The notes beneath the pieces are model-generated. The model was given only the letters and a program-made list of their open reading frames with translations. It searched no databases and had not been told where the DNA came from. A stretch of DNA of 64,000 bases from an uncultured Candidatus Rokubacteria bacterium (lineage in GTDB: Bacteria; Methylomirabilota; Methylomirabilia; Rokubacteriales; CSP1-6). Shown here one piece after another: positions 1 to 9,027 of this stretch. The stretch is from contig CAVXJS010000011.1 of NCBI GenBank assembly GCA_963762145.1, forward strand, positions 128,001 through 192,000. The letters are read 5' to 3'. Position 1 is the first letter of the stretch, and every line of letters starts with the position of its first letter. A program made the position numbers and the translations under genes.

Positions 1-162
1 GGCCTGATCGGGCTGCTGGCCTACACCAGCGAGTCCGTGCACCGCGCGGCGGAGCCTCCGCCGGTCGGGACCGAGGCGGCGCGGCCGACCGTCGAGCCCG
101 TCCCTCACGAGCGTGAGGTCGGGCCCACCGTCGACAGCACCGGGTTGATGCTCACCTACTAG
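1..162 (+). CDS. 3' end of an unidentified CDS (partial)
   Basis: Frame 1 open from the window edge (GLIGLLAYTSES...GLMLTY) to TAG at 160-162. Confidence 0.45.
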   Translation, partial: GLIGLLAYTSESVHRAAEPPPVGTEAARPTVEPVPHEREVGPTVDSTGLMLTY

Positions 163-312
163 GTCTCCCGGGTCTCCGCCGTGGCGGAGGCCGGGGTCCT
201 GGTGTACAGTATTGGCCGATGCGCCGCCGCCGGCGGCGCCCTCGCCTCCGATATTGGCTCTTCCGAGTATTGGGGCGCGTACGAAGCGGAAGAGTGACCG
301 AAGGAGAACCAC

Positions 313-702
313 ATGGCTGCGAAACTGTACGTGGGTGGTCTGTCCTATTCCACGACCAGTGAGACCCTTCGCGAGTATTTCGCCCAGTGCGGGACGGTGG
401 AGTCGGCGTCCGTGATCACGGACAAGTTCTCCGGCCAGTCCCGGGGCTTTGGCTTTGTCGAGATGGCGACGTCCGAGGAGGCACAGCGGGCCATCTCCGA
501 GCTGAACGGCAAGGACCTCGACGGCCGCAAGATCACGGTGAACGTGTCGAACCCCCGTACGCCGGGCTCGGGCGGCGGCGGGCGCGGACCGGGTGGACCT
601 CGCGGTGGCGGTCGGCCGGGTGGTGGTGGCGGGCGGGGGGGCGGCGGCGGCGACCGCGGCGCCTACGGGGTGCCCCCTTCGAAGAAGCCCTTCCGCTGGT
701 AG
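313..702 (+). CDS. RRM (RNP-1) RNA-binding protein with Gly/Arg-rich tail
   Basis: KLYVGGLS (RNP2) and RGFGFVEM (RNP1); AAGGAG RBS upstream. Confidence 0.95.
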   Translation: MAAKLYVGGLSYSTTSETLREYFAQCGTVESASVITDKFSGQSRGFGFVEMATSEEAQRAISELNGKDLDGRKITVNVSNPRTPGSGGGGRGPGGPRGGGRPGGGGGRGGGGGDRGAYGVPPSKKPFRW

Positions 703-728
703 CCCGCCAGCACCTGAGCGGACACATC

Positions 729-758
729 AAGGGCGCGGTGAGTGATCACCGCGCCCTT
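729..758. terminator. Hairpin between convergent genes, probable terminator
   Basis: aagggcgcggtga-GTGA-tcaccgcgccctt, 13-bp perfect stem, short T run. Confidence 0.7.
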
Positions 759-781
759 TGTCTGTCCAGACCGCGCGGCGC

Positions 782-2623
782 CTAGAGGATCTTCTCGTAG
801 CGCCCGTGCTCGTGGGCGGCGTCCATGAACCACTTGACGATCTCGGGACTCGAGCGCGGCGGGATCTCGCAGGACGTCGACAGGATGAAGCCCGAGTGCT
901 TGGCCGCGGTATCGATGCACCGGCGCACCTCGGCGTCCATCTGGGCCTGGGTGGCCTTCTCGAACATGGTCGCGTCCACGTTGCCGATGGCCACCGCGCG
1001 CCCCTTGGCAACCTGCATGAACCGCTCGAGCTGGTCCACGTGCAGCGCCGGGTCCGACTGCTGGTCCAGGTCGAACGAGATCGTGGTGAAGCCGCAGCCG
1101 ATCAGGTCCTCGAAGATCGGGTAGGTGACCCCGCAGATGTGGGTGGTGACGCCCACCTTCTTGGCCTTGAAGTGATCCACCAGCTCCTTGTGATAGGGCG
1201 CGATGAACTCTCGGTAGTTGTCCGGGGAGACGAGGCTGATGGAGGCGGTCGGCTCGGAGAAGGAGAGCCCGATCTTGGTCTTCACGATCGCGTCACCCCA
1301 GAGCTTGCAGAAGTCGGTGGTCAGCCGCATCACGTCGTGGATGAACTGGGGGTCCTCGAAGGTGTCGAGCAGCATCATCTCCGGGTTGCGGAGCAGCATC
1401 GCGATCGTCCACGGCCCCACCGCGACCGCCCCGGTGGCCGCGGGCGGCGCCGCCTTCACGAGCGCCTCGCACTGCTCGAGGAAGCCGGGGAGCCGCGCGG
1501 TCTTGTACGGATCGGGCATCCGGAGCTTGGCCAGGTCCGCCTTGTCCTCGAGCAGGTGGGTCTCGATCGAGGGCACCACGTAGTCGGAGTACTTGACGCC
1601 GCAGCCGAAGGCCTCCGCCTCCTTGGAGAGATCGTTGTACGCGAGCACTACGTCCGGCTGGTAGCGCTCGTAGTAATTCATCATCGCGCTGATGGCCTTC
1701 GTGGGGTTGGTGCAGTATTCCTCGATGCTGAGCCCGTCGAGCGTGCCCGCGAACGAGGCCACGATCGGGTACACCGGCACCCGGTCCGAGAAGGAGCGCT
1801 TGTAGGCCGCCACCACCCGATCGCGGTTGGTCAGGCTGGTCCTGCCGGCCTCGGCGTCCCACAGCTTGTTCACTTCCATGTAGCGCGGGGGCAGCTTGGC
1901 CTCGTACTCCATGAACTGGGTGATCGGATAGCGGATGCCCCCGTTGTGGGTGCCCCGCAGGCCCTCCACGATCTCCTCCATTCGCGCCCACGGAATCGAG
2001 AACGCCATCTCGTGATCCTGGGTCTGGCCGAAGATGCGGTCGCCCGAGCAGGGGAGGATCACCTGCGGCTCGCCGGTCTGCATGGTCGTGACCACGATGT
2101 CGGCGCAGACCGCGCGGCCCTCGAAGGAGGATGTGAGCCGGCCGCCTCGCTTCCAGAGCGCGGCCTGGGTCAGGCGCATCACCTGGGCGGGGTTGGCGTA
2201 GACGCAGACGACGTGCGGCTCGAAGGTGGCGCGGTCGAGCGGGGCGACCAGCAGGCAGTGATACTCGCCGGGCGCGAACTTGTCGATGGCGGCCTCGGAG
2301 CGCTGGCCCGCGGCCTTGGTCTCGGTGTACATGCCCTCGCACAGCGAGCCCACGTTGTAGATGGGCAGCGGCTTGTCGAAGCCGATCGCGGTGATGCCGA
2401 GCGAGCAGATGTGGTCCTCGCGGGTGAGCGCGATGGTCCAGCCGTAGCGCCGGGACATGTCGATGACCTGGCAGCTCATGGAGAGCTTCTTGAAGTCGCG
2501 GGCGGGCCGGCGCGCGCGCTCCGGGATCGGCTCGCCCGCCTTGAGCATGCGGATCGCCACCGGGAACGTCTGCGGACGCAGGTACGTCTGCAGCTCCTGG
2601 TCCGCCGTCTTCACGTCGATCAT
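782..2623 (-). CDS. DUF169 domain fused to a uroporphyrinogen decarboxylase / MtaA-CmuA methyltransferase family domain
   Basis: Start MIDVKTAD after AAGGAG. N-half has SCQ, HICSLG, VCAD, PCSGDR. C-half has DRVPVYP, GPWT, HICG, GNVD, FILSTSCEIP. Confidence 0.8.
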   Translation of the reverse strand: MIDVKTADQELQTYLRPQTFPVAIRMLKAGEPIPERARRPARDFKKLSMSCQVIDMSRRYGWTIALTREDHICSLGITAIGFDKPLPIYNVGSLCEGMYTETKAAGQRSEAAIDKFAPGEYHCLLVAPLDRATFEPHVVCVYANPAQVMRLTQAALWKRGGRLTSSFEGRAVCADIVVTTMQTGEPQVILPCSGDRIFGQTQDHEMAFSIPWARMEEIVEGLRGTHNGGIRYPITQFMEYEAKLPPRYMEVNKLWDAEAGRTSLTNRDRVVAAYKRSFSDRVPVYPIVASFAGTLDGLSIEEYCTNPTKAISAMMNYYERYQPDVVLAYNDLSKEAEAFGCGVKYSDYVVPSIETHLLEDKADLAKLRMPDPYKTARLPGFLEQCEALVKAAPPAATGAVAVGPWTIAMLLRNPEMMLLDTFEDPQFIHDVMRLTTDFCKLWGDAIVKTKIGLSFSEPTASISLVSPDNYREFIAPYHKELVDHFKAKKVGVTTHICGVTYPIFEDLIGCGFTTISFDLDQQSDPALHVDQLERFMQVAKGRAVAIGNVDATMFEKATQAQMDAEVRRCIDTAAKHSGFILSTSCEIPPRSSPEIVKWFMDAAHEHGRYEKIL

Positions 2624-2642
2624 GGGTGTCTCCTTGTCACGG

Positions 2643-2671
2643 AGGCTACGGGGGGCCCTCCGGGTTGTCAA
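2643..2671 (-). promoter_or_regulatory. Putative sigma70 promoter of the DUF169-UroD gene
   Basis: TTGACA-N17-TAGCCT on the minus strand, 20 nt upstream of the start. Confidence 0.55.
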
Positions 2672-2707
2672 GGGAAGGGCGCCCGCTTCCGCTACAATAT
2701 CGCCGCG

Positions 2708-2998
2708 ATGGCGCGATACCGCATCATCCAGTGGCGCGATCTCCCCTCGCTGGTGGAGGCGATGGACGGTGACCACACCGCCCGCGTCCCGCTCTCCCAG
2801 CGCTTCCAGGACCTGATCGACGCCCTGGCCATGCGCGAGGGCGCCACCGAGAGCGAGGCCTACCTGGAAGGCTGGGCCCCGGGCCCCGAGATGGAGCGCC
2901 CGGGCGACGCGGAGACGGTCGCTCGTGAGGTCGCCGCCGACCTGGAGGACGGTTTCCAGGACCTGGTCACGCGCCGCTTTCTCGGCCCGCCTCGTTAG
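2708..2998 (+). CDS. 'Virulence factor' (PF13769-like) small protein
   Basis: MARYRIIQWRDLPSLV...LSQRFQDLIDALAM...YLEGW pattern. Confidence 0.75.
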   Translation: MARYRIIQWRDLPSLVEAMDGDHTARVPLSQRFQDLIDALAMREGATESEAYLEGWAPGPEMERPGDAETVAREVAADLEDGFQDLVTRRFLGPPR

Positions 2999-3043
2999 GT
3001 TCGTGCGCTTCGAGCGCCGGCTTCGCCGGCGCAATCCCGTTGT

Positions 3044-3081
3044 GGGGGAGGTTCGGAGGGGGCCGTCTAGGCCCCCTCCGA
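3044..3081 (+). repeat. REP-like palindrome with GGGGGAG 5' tail
   Basis: tcggagggggcc-gtcta-ggccccctccga 12-bp stem; same layout as elements at 39337, 42232, 42345. Confidence 0.55.
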
Positions 3082-3103
3082 TGCGCTATACTTCCGCCAG
3101 CCA

Positions 3104-3307
3104 ATGAAGGTCGCGGAGCTGCTGGTCGCCTGCTTCCTGCTGTTCGGGGCGTGCCTCGTGTGGCCCCTGCTCGCCATCGCCAACCACCCCGTCCTGATCC
3201 TGGGGGTGCCGGCCCTGGTGCTCTACCTCTTCGCGGTCTGGGCCGCCATGGTCGGGGTCCTGATCACGCTGGCCCGGCGCCCCCGGGCGCCCGAGGACGA
3301 GTCGTGA
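3104..3307 (+). CDS. Small 2-TM membrane peptide coupled to the sensor kinase (CbrX-like)
   Basis: 67 aa, hydrophobic; GTGA stop/start overlap with the kinase. Confidence 0.75.
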   Translation: MKVAELLVACFLLFGACLVWPLLAIANHPVLILGVPALVLYLFAVWAAMVGVLITLARRPRAPEDES

Positions 3308-6300
3308 GCGGCCTGTCGCCCACCGCGCTCCTCTCGATCGTCCTCGGCTACCTGGCCTTCCTGTTCCTGGTCGCGTCGGTGGCGGAGGCCTTCGCGCCCC
3401 GCCTTGCCCGGGGCCGGGCCGCCACGCTGATCTACGTGCTCGCCGCGTCGGTCTACTGCACCGCGTGGACCTTCTACGGCAGCGTGGGCCTGGCCGCCAA
3501 CCGGGGCCTCGAGTTCCTGACGATCTACCTGGGGCCCGCCTGCGTGGCGCTCCTGTGGCCGGTGCTGCTGCGCAAGCTCGTGCGGGTCTCCAAGGAGCAG
3601 CGCATCACCTCGGTCTCCGACTTCATCTCGAGTCGCTACGGCAAGTCGGCGTCCCTGGGCACACTCGTGGCGGTCCTCGTGGTGTGCGGGATGATTCCCT
3701 ACATCGCGCTGCAGCTGAAGGCGGTGTCGGCGTCGTTCCGGATGATCCTCCGGGACGAGGCGGTGCTCGAGGTCTTCGACCCGACCCTGGTGGTGGCGGT
3801 GACCCTCGCCCTCTTCGGCATCCTGTTCGGGGCGCGCAACCTCGACTTCACCAAGCGGCAGACCGGCCTCATGACCGCGGTGGCGGTGGAGTCGGTGGTG
3901 AAGCTGCTCGCGTTCCTCCTGGTCGGGGTCTACGTGACGTGGGGGCTCTTCGGGGGGTTCGCCGATCTCTTCGGCCAGGTGGCGCGGAATCCGGAGCTGT
4001 CGCGTCTCCTCACGCTCGACCAGGCGGGCACCGCGTCCTATGCGCGCTGGACCGCGATGCTGGTGATCTCGATGCTGGCCGTGATGTTCCTGCCGCGGCA
4101 GTTCCACGTGCTGGTCGTGCAGAACCAGCGCGAGCGCGACGTCAACGCGGTCTCCTGGTCCTTCCCGCTCTACCTGTTCCTGATCAACATCTTCGTGCTG
4201 CCGATCGCCTTCGCCGGCCTCCTCGTCTTCCCGGAGGCGGGCGCGCAGGCCGACGGCTTCATCCTCCGGCTGCCGCTGTCCTTCGACAGCCAGCTCATCT
4301 CGGTGATCGTGTTCCTGGGCGGCTTCTCGGCGGCCACCGCGATGATCGTGGTGGACTCCCTCGCCCTGTCCAAGATGATCACCAACGACATCATCCTGCC
4401 GATGCTGCTGCGCCGCCGCCGCATGGAGGACATCTACTGGATCACCCTCTTCTACACGCGGCTCGCCATGCTGGCGGTGGTGGCGCTGGGCTTCGCGTGG
4501 GCGCGGATGGAGCACGGCCAGCTGCTGCTGGTGGAGATGGGGCTGCTCTCCTTCATCGCGGTGGCCCAGTGCGCGCCCGCCATCCTCCTCGGGCTCTACT
4601 GGCGGCGCGGCAACCGCCGGGGCGCCTACGCGGGGATCTCGGGCGGCTTCTTCGTGTGGTTCTACACGCTCATCCTCCCGGCCCTGGGCAAGGAGGAGAT
4701 CCTCGGTCAGTCGTTCCTGTCGAACGGGCCGCTGGGGCTGTGGCTGCTGCGGCCCACCGCGTTCCTGGGGCTCGAGGGACTCGATACCATCAGCCACGGC
4801 GTCTTCTGGTCCTTCTTCTTCAACGTGGGGCTCTTCGTGGTGGTGTCGCTGCTCACCGAGCAGGACGCGGACGACCGGGCCCAGGCCGCCGCCTTCGTGG
4901 GGGTCGCGATGGAGGACAAGCCCGCTCCGGGGGCGCCCGCGATCCTATCCGCGCCCGAGATCGAGCGGCTCGTGCATCACTACGTGGGCGACGAGGACGC
5001 GGAGGCCATCGTGCGCGAGCTGTTCGGGGCCAAGGCGCCCGCTGATCTTTCGGTGCCCGAGCTGCTCGAGATGCGCATCCGCTTCGAGCGGCTTCTCGCC
5101 GCCTCGCTGGGCGCGGCGGCCGCGCGCATCATCGTGGAGGACCACTTCACGATCTCCAAGGAAGAGGCCCAGCAGCTCGTCACGTCCTTCCAGCACATGC
5201 AGCAGTCGCTGCGGGTCACCGAGGAGGAGGTCAAGCGCGGGGAGCGGCTACTGGCCTCGGTGGTCGAGAGCGTGGACGACTGCATCTTCACCGCCGACAC
5301 CACCGGGCGGCTCGTCACCATGAACCCGGCCGGCCGCCGGCTGCTCGGCTACGAGCTCTTCGAAGTGAGTCGCCTCCGCTACCCGGATCTGCTCGCCTCG
5401 GACGTGCGAGGCGGCGCCGGCGGCATCGTGGCCGCGCTCGAGGTCGGCCGTGGCTGGAGCGGGCAGGTGACGGGCCGCCGCGGCCGGGGTGACGTCTTCC
5501 CGGCTCACCTGGCCCTGACCGCCCTCTTCGACGACCGCGGCCAGCGCATGGGCACGGTGGGCGTGCTCCACGACCTCACCGAGCAGGTGGAGACGCAGCG
5601 GCGGCTCATCCACCGCGAGAAGCTCGCCTCGCTCGGCGAGATGGCGGCGGGGGTCGCCCACGAGATCCGCAATCCGTTGGGCGGGATCAAGATGGCCACC
5701 AACCTGCTGTCCTCCCCGGAGGTGGACGGCAGCCCCCTGTCGCAGGAGATGGCCCGATCCATCCTGTCCGGCATCGGCGAGATCGAGGGCATCATCAACA
5801 ACCTCCTCGACTGGACGCGGGACGCGCGGCTCGAGCGGAACGAATACGAGCTGGCGAGGATCCTCGACCCGGTGGTGGAGGCGGTGGCGGGCGAGGGGCG
5901 GGCCCGGGGCGTCCAGGTCGGCTTCGGACGGCTCGAGCGCGAGGTGGTCGCGGCGGTGGACGGGCAGAAGCTCCGTCAGGTGTTCACCAACGTCCTGAAG
6001 AACGCGGTGGAGTCGATCGACCCGCACCGCGGCGCCGGACGCGTCAGCGTGGAGCTCTTCGCGGAGGGTGACCGGGCGGTGGTCGAGGTCGTGGACGACG
6101 GCGTCGGGATCGCTCCGGAGGACCGCGACAAGATCTTCCTGCCCTTCTTCACCACCAAGCCCTCCGGCACGGGCCTCGGCATGTCCATCGTCAAGAAGAT
6201 CGTGGACCTCCACGCGGGGGACATCGCGATCGAGAGCGCGCCGGGCCGCGGCACGCGGGTTCGCATCTCATTCCCGGCGGTGGGCGCGGCCCAGCCGGTG

Positions 6301-6318
6301 GCTGGAGGCAATCCATGA
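3304..6318 (+). CDS. SLC5 (sodium:solute symporter)-STAC-PAS histidine kinase, CbrA/CrbS family
   Basis: VYCTAWTFYGSVG, PYIALQLKAV, FLPRQFHV; STAC-like ERLLAASLGAAAARI; HEIRNPLGGI H-box; DDGVGI and GTGLGM. Confidence 0.93.
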   Translation: MSGLSPTALLSIVLGYLAFLFLVASVAEAFAPRLARGRAATLIYVLAASVYCTAWTFYGSVGLAANRGLEFLTIYLGPACVALLWPVLLRKLVRVSKEQRITSVSDFISSRYGKSASLGTLVAVLVVCGMIPYIALQLKAVSASFRMILRDEAVLEVFDPTLVVAVTLALFGILFGARNLDFTKRQTGLMTAVAVESVVKLLAFLLVGVYVTWGLFGGFADLFGQVARNPELSRLLTLDQAGTASYARWTAMLVISMLAVMFLPRQFHVLVVQNQRERDVNAVSWSFPLYLFLINIFVLPIAFAGLLVFPEAGAQADGFILRLPLSFDSQLISVIVFLGGFSAATAMIVVDSLALSKMITNDIILPMLLRRRRMEDIYWITLFYTRLAMLAVVALGFAWARMEHGQLLLVEMGLLSFIAVAQCAPAILLGLYWRRGNRRGAYAGISGGFFVWFYTLILPALGKEEILGQSFLSNGPLGLWLLRPTAFLGLEGLDTISHGVFWSFFFNVGLFVVVSLLTEQDADDRAQAAAFVGVAMEDKPAPGAPAILSAPEIERLVHHYVGDEDAEAIVRELFGAKAPADLSVPELLEMRIRFERLLAASLGAAAARIIVEDHFTISKEEAQQLVTSFQHMQQSLRVTEEEVKRGERLLASVVESVDDCIFTADTTGRLVTMNPAGRRLLGYELFEVSRLRYPDLLASDVRGGAGGIVAALEVGRGWSGQVTGRRGRGDVFPAHLALTALFDDRGQRMGTVGVLHDLTEQVETQRRLIHREKLASLGEMAAGVAHEIRNPLGGIKMATNLLSSPEVDGSPLSQEMARSILSGIGEIEGIINNLLDWTRDARLERNEYELARILDPVVEAVAGEGRARGVQVGFGRLEREVVAAVDGQKLRQVFTNVLKNAVESIDPHRGAGRVSVELFAEGDRAVVEVVDDGVGIAPEDRDKIFLPFFTTKPSGTGLGMSIVKKIVDLHAGDIAIESAPGRGTRVRISFPAVGAAQPVAGGNP

Positions 6319-7700
6319 AGCGACGGCTCCTGCTGGTCGAGGACGACGAGGTCTTTCTCCGCCCGCTGCACCGCACGCTCGAGCTGAAAGGCTACGAGGT
6401 GGTGCCGGTCCACAGCGCGGAGGAGGCACTCGACTCCCTCAAGACCGAGGACGTGGACGTGGTGCTCACCGACCGCCGGCTGCCCGGGATGGACGGCGTC
6501 GAGCTGGTGCGGCAGATCAAGGTGGAGCATCCGGACCTCGCGGTGGTGGTCATGACCGCCTACGGCACCATCGAGTCGGCGGTCGAGGCGATGCGACTCG
6601 GGGCCGAGGACTACCTGGTGAAGCCCTTCGAGGCGGCCGAGCTGCTGCTGGTGATCCGGCGGGCCATCGAGTTCCAGGAGCTGAAGTCGGCGAACCGCCG
6701 GACGATCCGGCGCAATCAGGAGCGCTTCACGTTCGGCAACATCGTGGCGGCCAGCGCGGGCATGCAGGCGGTATTCGACCTGCTGCGCTCGGTGGTGGAT
6801 CTGGACACCACCGTGCTCATCCATGGGGAGACCGGCGTCGGCAAGGAGCTGCTCGCGCGCTCCATCCACTTCTCGGGGGCCCGGCGCGACCGGCCCTTCG
6901 TGGCGGTCAACTGCGCGGCCATTCCCGCCGAGCTGTTCGAGTCCGAGCTGTTCGGCTCCCGGCGAGGCGCCTTCACCGGCGCCACCGAGCACCGGCGCGG
7001 CCACTTCCAGATGGCCCACGGGGGAACCCTGCTCCTCGACGAGATCGGGGAGATGCCGTTGCATCTGCAGAGCAAGCTGCTGCGCGCGCTCGAGGAGAAG
7101 AAGGTGACCTCGGTGGGGGCGGACCGCTCGGTGGAGGTGGACGTGCGCTTCATCGCCACCACCAACAAGGACCTGCAGGTGGAGGTGGAGCACGGGGCCT
7201 TCCGCCGCGACCTGTTCTACCGGCTCTCGGTGATGCCGGTGCGGGTGCCCCCGCTGCGCGAGCGCCCGGAAGACATCCCGCTGCTCGCCCGGCACTTCGT
7301 GGAGCAGGCGAGCCGCCGCATCAAGAAGGCGGTCCGCGACATCGCGCCCGAGAGCCTCGGAGCCCTGATGCGATACCCGTGGCCCGGCAACGTGCGCGAG
7401 CTGGAAAACGTGATCGAGCGGGCGGTCATCGTATCCACCGCCCACGTTCTCGCGGACCTCGAGCGCTTTCTCGCGCCGACCGGCGCTCACGCGCCAGTGG
7501 ATCTGTCGCTGCCCTTCCGGGACGCCAAGGCCCGGGTGGTGGAGGACTTCGAGCGCGCCTACATCGAGGGCCTGCTCAAGAGCCACGGGGGCAAGCTCAC
7601 CGCGGCGGCCAAGCACGCGGACATGGATCCCAAGAATTTCTCCGACAAGATCCAGCGCTACGGCCTGCGCCGCTCCGCGCCGGAGCCGCCTCCCGCCTAG
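6315..7700 (+). CDS. Sigma54-dependent NtrC-family response regulator
   Basis: REC domain, GETGVGKE, GAFTGA, WPGNVRELENVIER, C-terminal HTH. Confidence 0.95.
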   Translation: MKRRLLLVEDDEVFLRPLHRTLELKGYEVVPVHSAEEALDSLKTEDVDVVLTDRRLPGMDGVELVRQIKVEHPDLAVVVMTAYGTIESAVEAMRLGAEDYLVKPFEAAELLLVIRRAIEFQELKSANRRTIRRNQERFTFGNIVAASAGMQAVFDLLRSVVDLDTTVLIHGETGVGKELLARSIHFSGARRDRPFVAVNCAAIPAELFESELFGSRRGAFTGATEHRRGHFQMAHGGTLLLDEIGEMPLHLQSKLLRALEEKKVTSVGADRSVEVDVRFIATTNKDLQVEVEHGAFRRDLFYRLSVMPVRVPPLRERPEDIPLLARHFVEQASRRIKKAVRDIAPESLGALMRYPWPGNVRELENVIERAVIVSTAHVLADLERFLAPTGAHAPVDLSLPFRDAKARVVEDFERAYIEGLLKSHGGKLTAAAKHADMDPKNFSDKIQRYGLRRSAPEPPPA

Positions 7701-8931
7701 AAGAAGAGGATGGTCACGATCGCGAAGAGCGGCAGCAGCACCGCGCCGCTGTAGGCCATGTACCCGAAGAAGCTCGGCATGCGCACGCCCGCCGCATCCG
7801 CGATGGCCTTCACCATGAAGTTGGGGGCGTTGCCGATATAGGTGTTGGCTCCCATCGCCACCGCGCCCACGCTGATCGCGGTCAGGATCACGTGCGGCAC
7901 TCCGACCACCTCCGCGGGCAATCCGAGGCTCTGGGCCAGCGCGAGGAACGTGAGGTAGGTCGGCGCGTTGTCGAGGAACGACGAGAGCACGCCGGTGGCC
8001 CAGAAGAACTGCCAGGGCTCCCGCACGCCGAGCTCCCCCCGCGCACGTGGAGCAGCTCGAGGGCGGGGATCATGGTGAGGAAGATCCCGAGGAAGAGCAC
8101 CGCCACCTCCACCATCGGACCCGCGGTGAAGTGGTTCGCCCGGCGAATCGCGCTCGGCGTCCGCCAGAGCGAAACGCCGGCCAGGACCAGGATGGCGAGC
8201 TCGCGCACCGGCGCGTGGAGGAAGGCCACCGCAGCCACCACACCCGCGAGCCAGACCCCGTTGAGCGTGCCGCGGATCCGGAGCGGCTCGATCTGGACGT
8301 GGTCGCGCCGGCGTGCCGCTTTCGTCTCGCGCGAAAGCTCGCGCGAGTCCCAGACGTAGTACAGCAGCAGCAGCGCCGCGGTCATGGTGAGCCAGGGCCC
8401 CCACAGCCGCAGGGTCCAGGCGAACGGGACTCCTTGCAGGTACCCGAGGAAGAGCGGTGGGTCGCCCAGCGGGGTGAGCATCCCGCCGATGTTGGAGACG
8501 AGGAAGATGAAGAACACCACGGTGTGCGTCACCCGCGCCCGCTCCCGGTTCGTCTGCAGCAGTGGCCGGATCAGGAGCATCGAGGCGCCGGTGGTGCCCA
8601 CGAGGGAGGCGAGCAGGGTGCCGGTGGCGAGGAAGGCGGTGTTCACGAGCGGGGTCGCCTCCAGGTCGCCGGTGAGGCGGACGCCGCCCGCGACCACGTA
8701 GAGCCCGCCGAGCAGGATGATGAACGAGACGTAGTCGGCCGCCATGTGGACGAGCGCGCCTGGTTGCCGGGCCAGGTAGAGGACCAGCACCGGCGCTCCC
8801 AGGACCACCGCCACCACCAGCTTGCTCCGGTTGGACTCCCACCAGTGCGGCAGCCACAGGGGGAAGAGGGCGATGGTGAGCAGCATCGCGACGAAGGGCA
8901 GCACGGTGTAGAGCGGCAGCGCGGTCGGCAC
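7697..8931 (-). CDS. Ion-transporter superfamily Na+/H+ antiporter or carboxylate transporter, frameshifted near 8035-8040
   Basis: SNIGGMLTPLGDPPLFLG in one frame; LSSFLDNAPTY and GANTYIGNAPNFMVK in another; junction in a C6 run. Confidence 0.85.
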
Positions 8932-9027
8932 TCGGTGATGTTACTCCCTTGAAGTTGCCGGGCGGATGGTTTAGAAGGGGAGCGGCGCGGCGACGCGCCG
9001 ATCCTCACCCGAGAACGAGGTCCCCCA

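Noticed and set aside
570-660. GGC/GGT-rich low-complexity tract as a repeat or G-quadruplex element
   Set aside because: Explained by the Gly-rich tail typical of bacterial RRM proteins
758-2707. 746-aa plus-strand ORF
   Set aside because: Antisense shadow of the DUF169-UroD gene; only its last 96 aa (from 2708) look like a real gene
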